From Octopus vulgaris (Eukaryota): a stretch of DNA of 64,000 nt. Each line of letters starts with the position of its first letter. The stretch's first letter is position 1. Positions 44,185 through 58,346 of the stretch are shown here, one piece after another. Made by a program: the position numbers and the translations under genes. The DNA lies in the NCBI GenBank assembly GCA_951406725.2, contig OX597816.1, forward strand, positions 32,488,001 through 32,552,000. Reading direction: 5' to 3'. The notes beneath the pieces are model-generated. The model saw nothing but the letters and a program-made list of their open reading frames with translations, made no database searches and was not told the DNA's origin.

Positions 44185-46826
44185 ATTAGGAACCATGTAT
44201 ATTAAACATTTCAGACATGTGGTAGAGGAATAATGTAGGGAAAAGGGTCAAAATGAGCTAGATAAACCAAGATACTATGGACTTGTGGCATATAGACAGG
44301 AACACGTAATAAACTTCAGAAAATATACTCTCTTCCTTTAACTCATGTATAAACTCGCAATGTTCGTATATCAATCACCATCCAGTTATTACTGCATTAA
44401 CCATTTACATTTCTAACAAGTTAATAATTATATAAATATAACATGAAAAAGTCATAAGTTACTTTTCTAATCTTTTGCAGAAATTATTTCAATAAGTCTA
44501 TAATTGATCGCAAATTCAGCTGATTCATTAGTAGATATAGCAAGATTATACTGATAGTTACCTGTCAGAAAAAGCGAATATCATAACAGTTGTCAACATG
44601 ATAGCATTCATTTCAATTCCGAAGATAACCCATCAAAACTGACATTAAGTGAGAAAAGCTTTCCCCAGGAACAATACATTGGAAAGTAATTCCACATAGC
44701 CATGCTGTGATCTATATAGATAATAGCAATACAAATAACAATACAAAAGCTGTAAATGTTTTTCTTGAAACTAAACGATTAAATGTTAACTTAGCCTGGA
44801 ATTATGCATGCAATGTAATGTTTAATATATATTTACAGTAGATCTGGAACGTAGGGCTAATGAAACTATTTTATGATTCATCTTTACCCTGACTTCGTTA
44901 TGCAAAAATCAATGCCCGAGGTACAGACTTATTCATTTGGTCTAAACTCGCCTCTGACAGTTATATTCCAACAAATTTAACAATATTCGATATTCTCTTC
45001 AAACGCTCATCTCCCTTTCAGAATTTCCCGCTCAAATACTTAACGATAGTTTCGGTGAAGGGAATTGTGGCGGCGTTTTCACTGCGTTCAATCTAATTGG
45101 ATACGTAACTCCCATCATTAACCAGCAGAAAAAAGGTTCTCTATTTCTCTGCCAAATATTATCATCAGGAATTAACAGATATTGGAAATGTACCTGCAGA
45201 ATGAATTCATTGTCTCGGAAATGCTACGGTAATAGCAGTCTCGTCTCTGTAGACCTCTTTAATCGGAAGTGTAACCACGGTGAAACTACACGTCTAGATA
45301 TTTCCGAACGTTGTTCGTATTTTCAAGGCTGAATATATTCTGCTCCAAGCAGAATGTATTCTCAAAGTATGAGAATTTTCAACACATTCATCCGATAATT
45401 AACTCGATCTTTTCACACAATCTGTATGACACCAATTTTGATATCAGAGACAGTTTTTAACATGCGTAGATTTTCTAGATTAATGCCTTACCTGTTATCA
45501 ATGGCGTTGCGCTTCTATAAATATGGTGAAAGTCAACCTCAATGCTGAAATATTGTCAAGAGCAACCACAATGGAATATAAAAGACTTCGGTTGGCACAG
45601 ATATCGTTTCATCTCTATATATCATGCATTTTATATCCAAATCTCTACTCATTTCTCCATTCTCTTTAAAACTACTGCGGAAACAATCCTGATGTCAGTG
45701 TTTAAATAATACTTAGAACATTATCCATTTTATTAAAGTTTTATATATCTGAATGTAATCCAATTAGCTCTCCGCTTATAACGAAACTGCAATTATTTAC
45801 GAGATGTCACTACACCACGGTTGTATATTTGTTTGCCACCTTTTACTGAAATTTTCTGATCGTTGGAAGGGAATGTAATGTGTCTCAAAAAATCAGGTGA
45901 TTTACGAAGACATTAACAGTTAAAGGTATGTTAATCTCGTCGAACGGAAATTGAAACCATCATTATGGTTAAAGTTGAGGGAAAATTATTTCTTCTCTAC
46001 TACGACATCAATTCGTCTGTTTATAGCTAATGAGGGTTCCGATAATTATAATTAGGATGATGTTAATTATGGTGGTGATTATTATGATGATTGATTCGAT
46101 AGAGATGCATGTAATAAGGATGTGCTAAGGGTGACGATGATGATGATGATGATTATGAGGATGAGGGTGATGACGCAGAAGAAGAGGAGGAAAAGGAGGG
46201 AGAGGAGGAGGGGAGGAGGAATATTAGAGGTAAAGACGAGAACAACGGTGGTCATGGAGTAAAGGATGAACGGGGTAATGCTTCAATGATGATGTAAATG
46301 AATATTGTTACGCTGTTTTCAATGACGTTGTTCACAATATCATCGGTGACCCACATTGTTAGAATGGTGAAGGCGATGAGATTAGAGATGATGATGATGA
46401 CGATGAAGACGATGATGATGGTGGTGGTGATGATGATGATGATGATGATGATGATGGTGATGATACGAGTAGTGATGGTGGTGGTGATACTGGTGTTCGT
46501 GGTAGTGATGATTATTGCAGTTTAACTTTATCATTTTGCATTGTATACGAAGCTGGATTAGATATCAATTATTAATAATGCATCGTGGTATGTCTGGGTT
46601 CAATTAGCGCAGGTTACATATGAACATACGAAGCTACGCTGAATTATCCGGTTCCAAATGCTTACAAATTAAATATAGCTATAAGAAAAGAAATTAAAAT
46701 GTAATGTAGAATCGAATTACTTTAGTCACGTGCACTAATGGAGATAATATATAATCTAGATGCTATTTAGAATTACATGGGTGACAGAAACTAGACGCAG
46801 CAAAGAATTTATACAGTAGTAGTAGT

Positions 46827-46936
<110 letters not shown>

Positions 46937-47025
46937 CAGCAGTAGTACTAGGAGGAGGAGGTGGTGGCGTGGCGGCGATGGCACCGGTAGAACTTGCTGT
47001 AATAAGGCATAGTGGTAGTATTAAA

Positions 47026-49540
47026 ATAATCTCTTTTATTGGTCACAAGGAAAATTACAAAGATGTGTGGTTAACATCAATACTACCACATTAAAGGATA
47101 TAACAGATGAAACATAAAACATAGTAGAGAAATAAATAATAAATAAATAAGTAAATATATTCCCCAATAGCGGGGCAGTTCATTTAGGTTAATCCGGTGT
47201 GAACTCCAAACGAAACTCCCGAATTACTCTGCCATCTCCAAAGCAATGGAAAGAGCCGGCTTCTAGTTCCTTTCCTCTTGCTTTGAAAAGCATATCCAGA
47301 GTAGATCCATCCAGTCTCACCTGTCTAGATGCTGTCGACCACCTTTTGAGAAACAAATTAGAAAGAGACCCCTCATCGCTACCCTTACTTTTCTCTTCAA
47401 ATGATATTTGGAGAAATTAATTTGGGTTCGGACAGATAGGAAAGCGCCTGTTTTCAAACCTTTCATACGCATCCACCACGCAGCCCATAAGTAGGGAAAG
47501 GTCTGCCTACCTTCTATGCTAAGGTAAGGTAAGGCGTCGATCTTCACTATACACTCGGCAGATAAATGTATTCGTCTTACACGCGACAGCAACTGCTTCA
47601 CCCAATCTCACAATTCTTTAATGCACGGGAACGGAATTATTGCAAGCAGGACAGCTTCGTCCCACTCCAAGTATCTCCGATGGGTTCAGCTGTTGGCACT
47701 TTTATGACAAAAAACCTTGTCTCGAATAGGAAACGCTCCTATGTAGCCTGGCCAAACCTAAGAATTTTGTAAATTGTCCATGATCTTCGACCCGAAATTC
47801 CTATGGGGGAGACTACTCAAACTGTTCTCGTCGATTCCTAGATTCAATCATAAGCCATCCTCAGGTATACCCTCAACAAGGCCCCTAGAAAATTCTTGAA
47901 TTGTTTTCCCGCTAGCAGTTTTGGGTAGCTGGTAAAATGCAGTGAGCGCCTGGCAACATTCTAGATGCCAAATGCCCAATCTTGTTCTACGTTTGATCCA
48001 TGACTGAAGCTCAGTCAATGAGGTAAGTTTCGGAAAGTCGTCGCGTGAAAGATGCCCACACCAGCTTACACTTAATTTCGTCAAAGTCGTCGTCGTTGTC
48101 CACATCATCGCACTGATTTAGATATTTCTGTAGGTGTGACAACCTCAAAGAGTGGCGCCGCATCATTAAGGGTAGCATCCCAATACAACCACTTTGTGGG
48201 TGTTAATGGCGTATGGATATTTGACAAGTGCAAGCTGACCTTTCTATATGAATGAGAAAGGCTACCGCTCCAATTTGGCCAGTGTTTTCTGAAAACAGTG
48301 TACGACGGCTAGCTGGTAGAACACTACCACGGCCTTATATGCATTCTATACTTCCGCCCGGTCTTTAGAGATATGATACGTATCTGCCAATTTCTTGCTA
48401 AGCTTGGTCGACCTAGTCATGCATTCTTCCTAATTCCTATTTACTTGGAGATCTGGTCCGCACCGGATTCCGAGCACATTCACCGGACCCTCCTTCTAGC
48501 GACAGAAGTCGCCGATAGTCGACTACTAATTCGCCTACAATGGTAGAAATTGTTTCTTCAAGGCCTACTTGCAGAATTACATACTTATCATGGTTTATGA
48601 GTGCTCCTGTGCATTCCTTATATGCTCTCATTATTATGTCGGGTTTTTCTATGTGTGAAGAGTCTGACACCATGAGAGTGACGTCGTCCACATATGCACA
48701 CAGCTCTCCTCTCACCTAGTTCTAGCTGGATACCGTCAAATACTCCATCTATCTCAGGAAGTTAAAATATATAAAAGCGGGGAGAGAGAGAGAGAGCATC
48801 ATTGGCGTATCATGTGTTCAATATTGAAAGGTCCCGAGAGGAGGCTATTCTATTTGATAACTGAGGAAATGTCACTATAAATTGCGGTGATGCAGCCTTT
48901 GAAGAAGGGACCAAAGCCGACAAATTTTAGGACATACACCAGATAGCGATGTTCGACCCTGTCATAACATTTGGACTGGTCCAAATTGACCAGTGCTCTT
49001 CTAAAGCCCGATCTATGCCCAACACGTTCTACGATACATCGCATGAATTGGAGATTGTCGTGAATATATCCATCTGAGATCGCACAGTTATGTGCATCCC
49101 CGACTATACAACCGATAATAAGCGCTAGCCCCTTGGTGAGCACCTTAGCTAAAATTTTTAACTCATTGTTGAGTAGAGTTATGAACCTGAAGTTTTCAAT
49201 TGCATCTTTCTTGCTCAGATCCTTTCTCCGAAACGTCAGCACTCCCCAGCTCACACGACTGGGAATACTTCTCATCTGTTCCCAGCTGTAGACAGCGGCT
49301 AAAACTAGCGCAAACAAGTCTGACATGTGAGCATATAATTAATGGGGCCCTACTATCCAATCTATCCTGGAGATTTGCGCCTCACGCGGCGGATAAGTGC
49401 TTCTTCCCCTTCCTTCACTGAAAATGCCTCACACGGCCCTCGGTATCCATTTCCGACAGGACCACTGCGCTCCGTCACAAAACGAATCCTAGATTTGTTT
49501 TCATGCTGTGCCTCCGCTACCCGGACAGCACTGGAAGCTA
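47026..49540 (-). mobile_element. Tx1/L1-clade LINE ORF2 (RT) remnant, 5'-truncated
   Basis: NFRFITLLNNELKILAKVL, NLDQSKCYDRVEH, AYVDDVT; 3' end ccttgtgaccaataaaagagattatt; similar 3' end at ~36250-36300 (-) next to (TAA)n. Confidence 0.9.
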
Positions 49541-49544
49541 TGTA

Positions 49545-50016
49545 GAAAGCAAGGATTTGAACATACTGATAAATGGTATGAATATGATTCTAGTAAAATG
49601 CTAAAAGTAAGAAAGATAAGATAACAGAGTAATAGAAGCCAGGCGGCCTGATTTAGAAGTAGGAGATAAAGAGAATTGAAAGTGCCAGAATATTGACGTT
49701 ACAGTCATAAATGATGGAACATTAATATGAGATGTGCAGAAAAAATAGCAAAGTACCAGGACCTAGCCATTGAGTTATAAAGATTATGGAAAGTGCGGGT
49801 AAACTGTATCCGAGTAGTTATGGGTGTATTGGGGACTATCCGAAACTATCTGAAAAGATAGAGGGAATAGGGGAATAGGTGTAAACAACAGTCTAGTACA
49901 GCTCCAGAACACAGTGTTATAAGGCCAGTTAGTATACTTAGGACGCTCTTGACATCTAAGACTACTTGTTTCAGCCCGATCATTTGTTTCTTTCCCAACT
50001 TTTGAGCGTATATGAA
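49545..50016 (+). mobile_element. R4/Dong-type RLE 3' fragment; N-terminal R4-like fragment at ~50460-50765
   Basis: IEARRPDLEV..KE, EKIAKYQDLAIE..RLWKV..VVMGVLGTI; followed by (AAC/AAT)n. Confidence 0.8.
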
Positions 50017-50088
50017 AATAACAACAACAACAACAAAAATAATAATATTAATAATAACAATAACAACATTAACAACAACAACAATAAC

Positions 50089-50183
<95 letters not shown>

Positions 50184-52919
50184 TGATAATCATAACGACC
50201 AAAGCAACAACAATAATAATGACGTCTCATGTTAACTGTTTTGCTATTAAAATGGGCTACAGCAAATATGCTGCTAAATACTACAGATTTGTTTGTCAGT
50301 TGCTTGGCATTATCTAGTTGAGCATGTCACTTAGCGGATGAGGGTGTGTGCATCTCTGATCACGAGGAAAAGTAGTGGGGGAACATCATAGCCGCAGGCT
50401 TGGAGGGATTGTTTGGTGTTTCGATAATTCACATTTGTAAACGTGGGTGTTTGAGAAAAGGAAAACAAAAATATCAAAACCGCTCGAAAAAAAAAAAGAA
50501 ATATACCAAAAGAAAATGCATCAGTAACCGCAGAAAAGACTCTTCGACGAGAAAATAAAAATAAATTTCTATAAACAACTGAACAATGATATACCAGGTG
50601 AAGAAACAGCAAGCAAAGAAGTCGAGTGAAACATAAATGTAGAATGGTTCCTGGAATTTAAAGACAGATGGAAGACAGATCAACGCAAGAAAACATTACA
50701 TACACAGATAAGAAACTAAAAGTGATGATAGGAAGCATAAAAAGCAGGAAAGACCCCGGAGCATCTGGAAACGTTGCTCTAGTCCCCTCAGCCGTAGATA
50801 TGTGTTGCGTCGTTACTGGTGCAAAGCTATATCAGCGTTTGCTTTCCCTTGGACAACCTCGGTGGCGATAAAGGACGAGTGGTATGAATAGGTGGATGCT
50901 GATCTTCAATAAACAACCTTGCCCGGACAGAAATATCCGAGGTGCTATCCTATTATCATACATAAGCAAGATGGTGCAATATAAAACCATTACATAATTC
51001 AATTGTCACTAATTGTGATTGGGGTTTCTTAATAGTACCTATTTTGCCAGAAATAAGGCTGCATGAAATACACGATTGATAAACACCGACAGGGGAGACA
51101 ACCGCCCCATCAGCAACGGTATGAGCACTGGACTAGATTAGTTTTGGAGATGATGCAACCGATAGTAGTTTTTGTCTTTTTTTCATACCTAACCTGAAGT
51201 AGAATATATTTTCAATTAATCCTTTTACATTGTGCAAGGAATACAGAAAAAAGATTTCACTAATATTTCTATAAATTTTCATTTAGTTTTCTTTCCTTAT
51301 CTATCTTCCAGAATTTATAAAACCAGGAAAGATATTTGGTGATGTATCATTTGGCTTCAACTTTTCTCCTAATATTGAACATCATTGTAATGTAAGGTAC
51401 ATAACAATATATAATTATACTTGTGACCTTCCACGTTATCCAACAACGTTTTTTTTTTATGTTAGGAACTTATAGAATTGTTTCCACGTCAGACAAAACG
51501 GTCAGCGGCCTGTCTTCCGACTTTACGTTCTGGGAATAAACACAACATATTTCTGCTTTGCTTTTTATTATTCCAGGTTCAATAAAATAAGTACCAGTAT
51601 TATACAAGGGACGATGTAATCGAAAATCCTACTTTCCCGGAATTCATAGCATTGTTCCAAAATGTACAACCAGTATTATCGTTAGTTTCGAATTATTCTT
51701 CATAGTATTGCCCATAGCGTTATAATTACAATTCCTATGATATATAATGTTTATTACAATATCTATTTCATGTATTCACGAAAACCGAAGAAAAATAAAA
51801 CGCACATAATGGGGAAGTATTTCAGAGACTACATCAAGATGGACCAACGAAAGCTTTAATTTTAAAACAATGTTCACCTTTTTATCCGTGCAAGCTACCT
51901 GATCGAACCTTTAGCTCTTAGACATAAATAACCTAATATAGCTAGAAATGAATGGACTACACAGGAATATCAAAAGGAATTTATGTCAGATAATGTATAT
52001 AAGTTCCATTATCTTAATGTAGTGATTTTGTACATATAGTAACTAGCCATTATAAAAATATATCTCACATAAATCTCTTTATTGAAGATGTATTTAACTT
52101 TATTTACATTGTTAGTGCTATTTACTTTGTTGTTATGCTGCTATGTCATATTTCCTCCGCCATAGTCCTTACGCAGTCTGTCCATTTCTATCTCACTTTT
52201 TCTTTTTATGAAGTAAATGGATGATGGTTTACTTCTTATAGTTTAGATACACATATAAATAAATCTGAACCCGTGAGGAAAGCGATGCGGAAAATATACT
52301 ATGCACAGTTTGTGTCATTGAGATACGTGAACAGAGAGCACAATGTGGCAAATTGTATTTTACGTGTGTTTGCTTTCAAATAAAATGACCGTCTGAACTG
52401 TGTCGGAAACAATAATTAAATCTTATTAGATGAAAATAACTTAAGGGATTCTGAGAAAATATTTCATGTTTGTATTGCACTATAACATCAAATTGTAAGT
52501 AGGAATAAACATATATATGTGTGTGTGTGTGATTGTGTGTGTGTCTGTGTGTGTGCGTGTCTGTGAGGATGGAGGATGTCATGTGAGAATTGAGTGTATA
52601 TTAATAATTCTGTATGATAATGGTGTTTCTATCTGAGAGCTACGAACGAAATTCATGTATTTAACGTTGATAGAATTAAAACTTGTAATAAGGAGTATAA
52701 TTCTAAAGATCACTGATACAATTACCAGTTAAGTCTCTTAACAATTAGACACTATATTAAAGTAAATGATAACGGAAGCAATGGAAAATGCAGTCCAAGA
52801 TATACAAACAGTTTCAGAGACAAAATCGAATTGCCTCTCACCTGAATGACTGGGGCAGCCAAATAGGAAAACTGTAACCACCACAACAATCTTACTAATT
52901 GTGTTTAAACTAAATCTAT

Positions 52920-52984
<65 letters not shown>

Positions 52985-52989
<5 letters not shown>

Positions 52990-53100
52990 ACTGAAAATGT
53001 GTGTCTGTATGTATGTGTGAATCCCTAAAATCTCAAGTGCTATCCAACCGATTTCATTCAAATTTTATACATGCATTACTTAGGGTCTCTTGAGTAACAT
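52985..53100 (+). mobile_element. Helitron-like non-autonomous 5' subterminal motif
   Basis: (TA)n-agactgaaaatgtgtgtctgtatgt...caaccgatttcattcaaattttatacatg, typical of Helitron-N 5' ends. Confidence 0.45.
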
Positions 53101-55189
53101 CACCTAAAATATCTTCAAATTCAGGCCTAATGGAGACACAAAGCAATATTAAAATCTTGTTTGGTATTTCACGTCAAAAGGGAAAAATATGATCTATATT
53201 GTAATGTGATAAAATATTGTTACACTTTTAATTTTAAAGTGATAACACTCAAGTCATCTTACTTTACACATTAGAGTTAATAATTATCGAAACAGTTTCA
53301 AAGTTGCAAGGAATTTACAGTTACATATTAACACTTAAATAAATATTTAATACATGTGCTTATTCTCTATATTTTTTAATGAAATTATTTGCCTCTATTT
53401 TTTTCTGTGCCAATGTATTCTGAAACGGCTCCACCAAAGGAAATCAAATTTTAGAATGTAATCATATCACACCCCACCAGTGTCAACAAGTAATTTTTTT
53501 CATTTCCATTATAACAATATAACACTTTGTAGAGATACTTTTATCTAAAGTCAAATATAGTACAGGACATTTTATACAACGACGACGACAACAACGTCTC
53601 ATTTTGTATAATATGCGTGTATGTGTCTGTCAGAGTATTGTGAATGTATGAGTGTGCATGAGTCTGTGTTTCAGCGTTCGACGACACTGTCATATATTCT
53701 ATATGCGTGTCTATGTGTATGTGGACATATGAGTGTCTAAGTGTCTGAGTGTGTATCTGATTCCTCATTAGCTACTTCAAATAATAGACACATAGGCATA
53801 CACATTCATATACTTATATGAAGATTCATATGCGTGAATGTATACCTGACTGTGTCTCACTTACTATATAGTATTACGCCCCACGATTATCAGCATGTAA
53901 TTTATTTTCATTTCGATTAAAAGAACATAACATAATCTTCCTATAGTCAACTATAATACAAGTTATTTTATATGTGTATATGCGTTCTTGTGTATTCGAT
54001 AAAGATAAAGGATATTTTATATCACGATGCCAACTATATGAGTGTGCAAGTGTCTATGAGTGTATGTGTGCGGCAGTATTAATTTGTGTGCGTGTAGGAG
54101 TATGTATATTTCTCTGTCTCTGTATGTGCATGGGCATTAAGTACGTTATTAAATATGCACTTACAAATACCTACGCACGTGTGAAGTCTGACATGCATGT
54201 ATATATAACTGTATGTGTCTCTCTTACTATAAGTCTATGACTGCTTGCTTGAGTGTATGTCTGTATCATCAAATTTTGTATATGTGTGTGTATTTATCAA
54301 TGAGTGTGTGTGTATTTTCGAGCCCGTTACTTACGTTATTAAACGCAGACATCCCCACATACATATACATATGTGTCGACAACGGCTGGAAGTGAAGCTC
54401 TTGACAAAAAACAACTGACTGGTCCAAGGTATATAAAAATACACATCGACTGTTAATCATTGTCGCAGCTCTTGCAAGATTGAAATGTATTTACAATTTG
54501 CTTACATTTGGTAAATTTATGCATAATACAAACATATGAACATGCTAAATACATACAACTGCTCACAAAAATAGAGATGCATATGTTTTTTTTCTCTGAT
54601 CATAATATCTTGTATGAAATGTTGGAGAAAACATGCCACCAAAGAAACAAAGTCCCTCCAGAAACACCTGTATATAAAGGAGTGCAGAAAGCTCTCGAAG
54701 GCTAGAATCTCAAAAGATAAAGAGCATGAGACCTTCTCAATATCAGCACGTCTGATTGGGGTCCCAAAACAGAAGGAAGATGAGACTTTCAAATACCAAA
54801 AAGGCATGATGACATAGGTGTATACAAACGTTTTGTGAACAAACGAAACATATATTATCCGTGAGAAAACGCAGTCAATATCTTGTTCACCTTTTCGAAC
54901 GTGACTAAAAACTATTCGGGCTGATAATAGCATTTCACTTTTACTTATCACTGCTTAGCGCTCCCCACCTCTGTAAATGCAATAGGTGATATTCATTAAT
55001 TATAATCTAGAGGAAAGGTTCTTCTTCTTCTTCTTCTTCATCTTCTTCTTCTTCTTCTTCTTCTTCTTCTTCTCTTCTTCTCCTTCTTATTCTTCTTCTT
55101 CTTCTTCTTCTTCTTCATCTTCTTCTTCTTCTTCTTCTTCTTCTTCTTCTCTTCTTCTCCTTCTTATTCTTCTTCTTCTTCTTCATTGC

Positions 55190-57650
55190 ATTTCTATTTT
55201 CGACGATGCCTTCAGTTTTGTGACCGTACCAATTTTTTGCTCTGTCATGTCCATACTTGTTGCAAAGTGTCCAATGGAAAGCCTGCCAATATTGTCGCAG
55301 GGTCTCTTATATTCCTTCTGGGCTACTCGCGTACATTGGCTGTTAATATTTCAACGTTGAGGCCAAAGATTCGTCAGTTATCATTTTCTGCTGTGTTGTC
55401 TATTCTGTATTTTATGTTGTTTGTTTTTAGTGCTTGCTCTTGGGCAGCACAGATTGGAGCCTCCGTTACCTGTCTTAAATCATTTTTAGTCATCCACAGT
55501 CATCTCTTTTCTTAGGCGTTGATAGATTCGGTCTTATTCCGTCCGTTCAATTTCTACTTATGTATCAGTCGCAGTCTGTGCAAGTACACCACCTTAAATC
55601 TTTCTATCATTTTTTCTCCATCAATTTGTCCATTTCCCAAATCTCCAAGAACTTATTGCCTGTCTCTTCTATCTGATTCATTACCTCCCCCGACAGTATC
55701 TTCAGCCCGTCCATACATTTGATTTTGCCTCTCTTCAAGCCTATCACACCACACTTTCTCAGTCCGAACTCGATTCTGATATCATAACTAAAGTTATGCA
55801 CCCTATCAACGAAAGAACTGACTTGGGTTTCATCTTTACCATGAAGTTGGAGGTCGTCCATGAATAAAAAAAAAACTGGTTGACGTTTTGTTGGCAGCTT
55901 TTGAATACTTACCCAGCTTTTGCTTTCCTCACAATCAGCACAGTACAAAGATCAGTGGGTACACGCTATTTCCTGGGAAGATGCCGCTCCTAATTTCTAG
56001 TGTCCATAAACTTCTTCCAGATTCTGTCAGGTCCTTTCTTCAATACGCCATACTTTTTCCAAGCAATCGTTCAACATTCGATGCAGTACCAAACAGGTTC
56101 ATACACTCTATAATCCAAGAATGTGGGATCATATCGTACGCCCTACGATAATGAATCCCTGATATGGCTAGTTACTTTTCTTCCTCTCACAGACTGTAAG
56201 TATAGATTAGTCTGTCAGGAGTTAATACTTGGTATATCTGCACTTATGACTGCAACCATTCTGCTCACGTGGCAGGACTTCCTTTTTTCCAGATGTTCGT
56301 ATATTGATTCTGTGAGTATTGCCGTCAATAGAGTTCCACATAAATGTCAGCAGGGTATCGGTCTGTAATTTTCTACCGCATTGCTTTTTTTATGTTTTTC
56401 AGACACAACACTGTCCTACCTAATGTCAACCACAGTTGTGTTACTTGATCGGCATTTAGCAAGGTGTTGAGTTGCGCAGCTCTTCGTACATGACATTCAC
56501 CAAATCTTTTGATCCAGTATTCTTGAAAGCCATTTGGCCCCGAAGCCTTTCATTTGCTCAATTTGTTGCTGATTTCCTTTACTTCCCTAACTGAAATGAT
56601 TAGTTCTGCCTGTTTTGGACAGACTACGGTTTGTTTCAGTTCTTGCAAAGATTCAGCACCCTTCTTTTGCTCCTTTCCTTTGCTCCAGACGTCACTCCAA
56701 AAAACAAAGCAGCTACAGGGGGTACTGTAGCGATTGTAAGAACAGCAATAGCAATAATAAATAGTGACAGCAGCAACAGCAACAAAAACAACAACAACAA
56801 CACCAACAAGAATAAGGACAACAATAACAATGGCAGCAGCACTCTACCAACCTAACTCTTCCGTCAGAGGCACCTGAAGCAGTGGTGAAAAGAAGTTATG
56901 CTTTTCAGCGGAGACGAAAGGAACGGCTATGAAAGCCCAGATAGACATCGAAAAGGTATTGAGGTGCTTGAGATTACTCGGGGTGTATAGTGAGGGTAAA
57001 AAGTACGGCACCATTCCGGTGCCATATAAGTCAGAAGCCCACACTTTAAAATATTCAATGATCCCTTGCAAGGTCAGCATTATGTATTCCTTCTACATTG
57101 GGAAATGTACAACACGTGTCCGCATTACTAGAATCCCCCCAGAACTTCATATGTGGCACCTTCTGCGATGCGTAAATATGAACTGATCTAGCTGCTGCAC
57201 TATCCCTTGATAAACATCTATCAGATTCTTCATTCAATACTTTTAGATCCAATCCGGTATTGGCACTTCCAATTTGTGATTTTCTTTCACTATTTCTATG
57301 TTTTTAATCTATTTCTGTACTTATTTTTGTTCTTTTGGCCGTCTATTTATCTTAGCCCATCTTAGATTTCCTGCAACCCTGTCTGGTATCATTGTTACCG
57401 GTAATTGCCCATCTCGTTCCTGAAACAGTTCTTTGTTTTTCTTTCTGATTGACTTTAAACAATCCATATTCTCTGAATTGTTCTCTTCCAGTATTATCTT
57501 TCTTGTGTGCCTTCATTGCTACTAATCTTTGTTTCAAATCCTCAAATATCATACCATAACCTTTATCTCCAACCTTCCATGCCCTTTCCTATCTCATTTT
57601 TAAGATTTTGTTCTGGAATTCCCCACTACTCAACCTATCAAATTGTCCTA
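55190..57650 (-). mobile_element. R4/Dong-type RLE retrotransposon (RT plus zinc knuckle), interrupted at ~56640-57190
   Basis: ENYRPIPC, RAYDMIPHSWI, FLFMDDLQLHGK, FGLRKC, CAAQEQAL.TN, QWYGHK; the upstream portion resumes beyond 57200. Confidence 0.85.
56640..57190 (+). mobile_element. Nested ORF1-like fragment of a Tx1/L1-type element
   Basis: GKKYGTI...FYIGKCTTRVRITRIPPE; opposite strand to the host element. Confidence 0.5.
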
Positions 57651-57832
57651 CATATCCTTATTATTTGAAGAAATTTCGCTACACTCTTGGCTATTGAAAA
57701 TACACTGACCTACGAAAGCATGCATAAATACCAAAAGCTTATGTATACTTACGCAGCCATATATGCTCTTTGAGACATACCCGCGCAAGTACGAACAAAC
57801 TTGCGCACACACACACACGTACACACACAAAT

Positions 57833-57890
<58 letters not shown>

Positions 57891-58063
57891 AATATTAGGG
57901 TATACATCCAAATTTACAGGGAAAAACATCAGATTTAGGATTAAATCCAATTTTATAGTAAAATATTATATAATATTATTAGAGACAAAACCACTATTTT
58001 GCAAAACAAACAAGGAAAGACTTAATCAATACATAACATTTTAATAAATAGTCAAAAAAACCG

Positions 58064-58106
58064 CCACTACAATTGTTTCTTGTCTTGATCGACAATCTTC
58101 AGGTGG
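58064..58106 (-). ncRNA. Minimal type I hammerhead ribozyme
   Basis: CCAC-CUGAAGA-UUGUC gaucaa GACAA-GAAAC-AAUU-GUA-GUGG. Confidence 0.88.
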
Positions 58107-58156
58107 ACTTCCAATAAGTCAGTTTCAAATTAATTTGAAACTGACTTATTGGAAGT

Positions 58157-58199
58157 CCACCTGAAGATTGTCGATCAACACAAGAAACAATTGTAGTGG
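58157..58199 (+). ncRNA. Minimal type I hammerhead ribozyme (mirror copy)
   Basis: CCAC-CUGAAGA-UUGU cgaucaac ACAA-GAAAC-AAUU-GUA-GUGG. Confidence 0.88.
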
Positions 58200-58284
58200 C
58201 GGTTTTTTTGACTATTTATTAAAATGTTATGTATTGATTAAGTCTTTCCTTGTTTGTTTTGCAAAATAGTGGTTTTGTCTCTAA

Positions 58285-58346
<62 letters not shown>

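Larger units (their letters stand above)
57975..58288. repeat. 314-bp spacerless palindrome (157-bp arms, 1 mismatch)
   Basis: Axis between 58131 and 58132; only 58084/58179 fail to pair. Confidence 0.97.

Noticed and set aside
54830-54950. FSHG-like Helitron helicase motif on the minus strand
   Set aside because: Single short motif that requires frameshifts; insufficient support.
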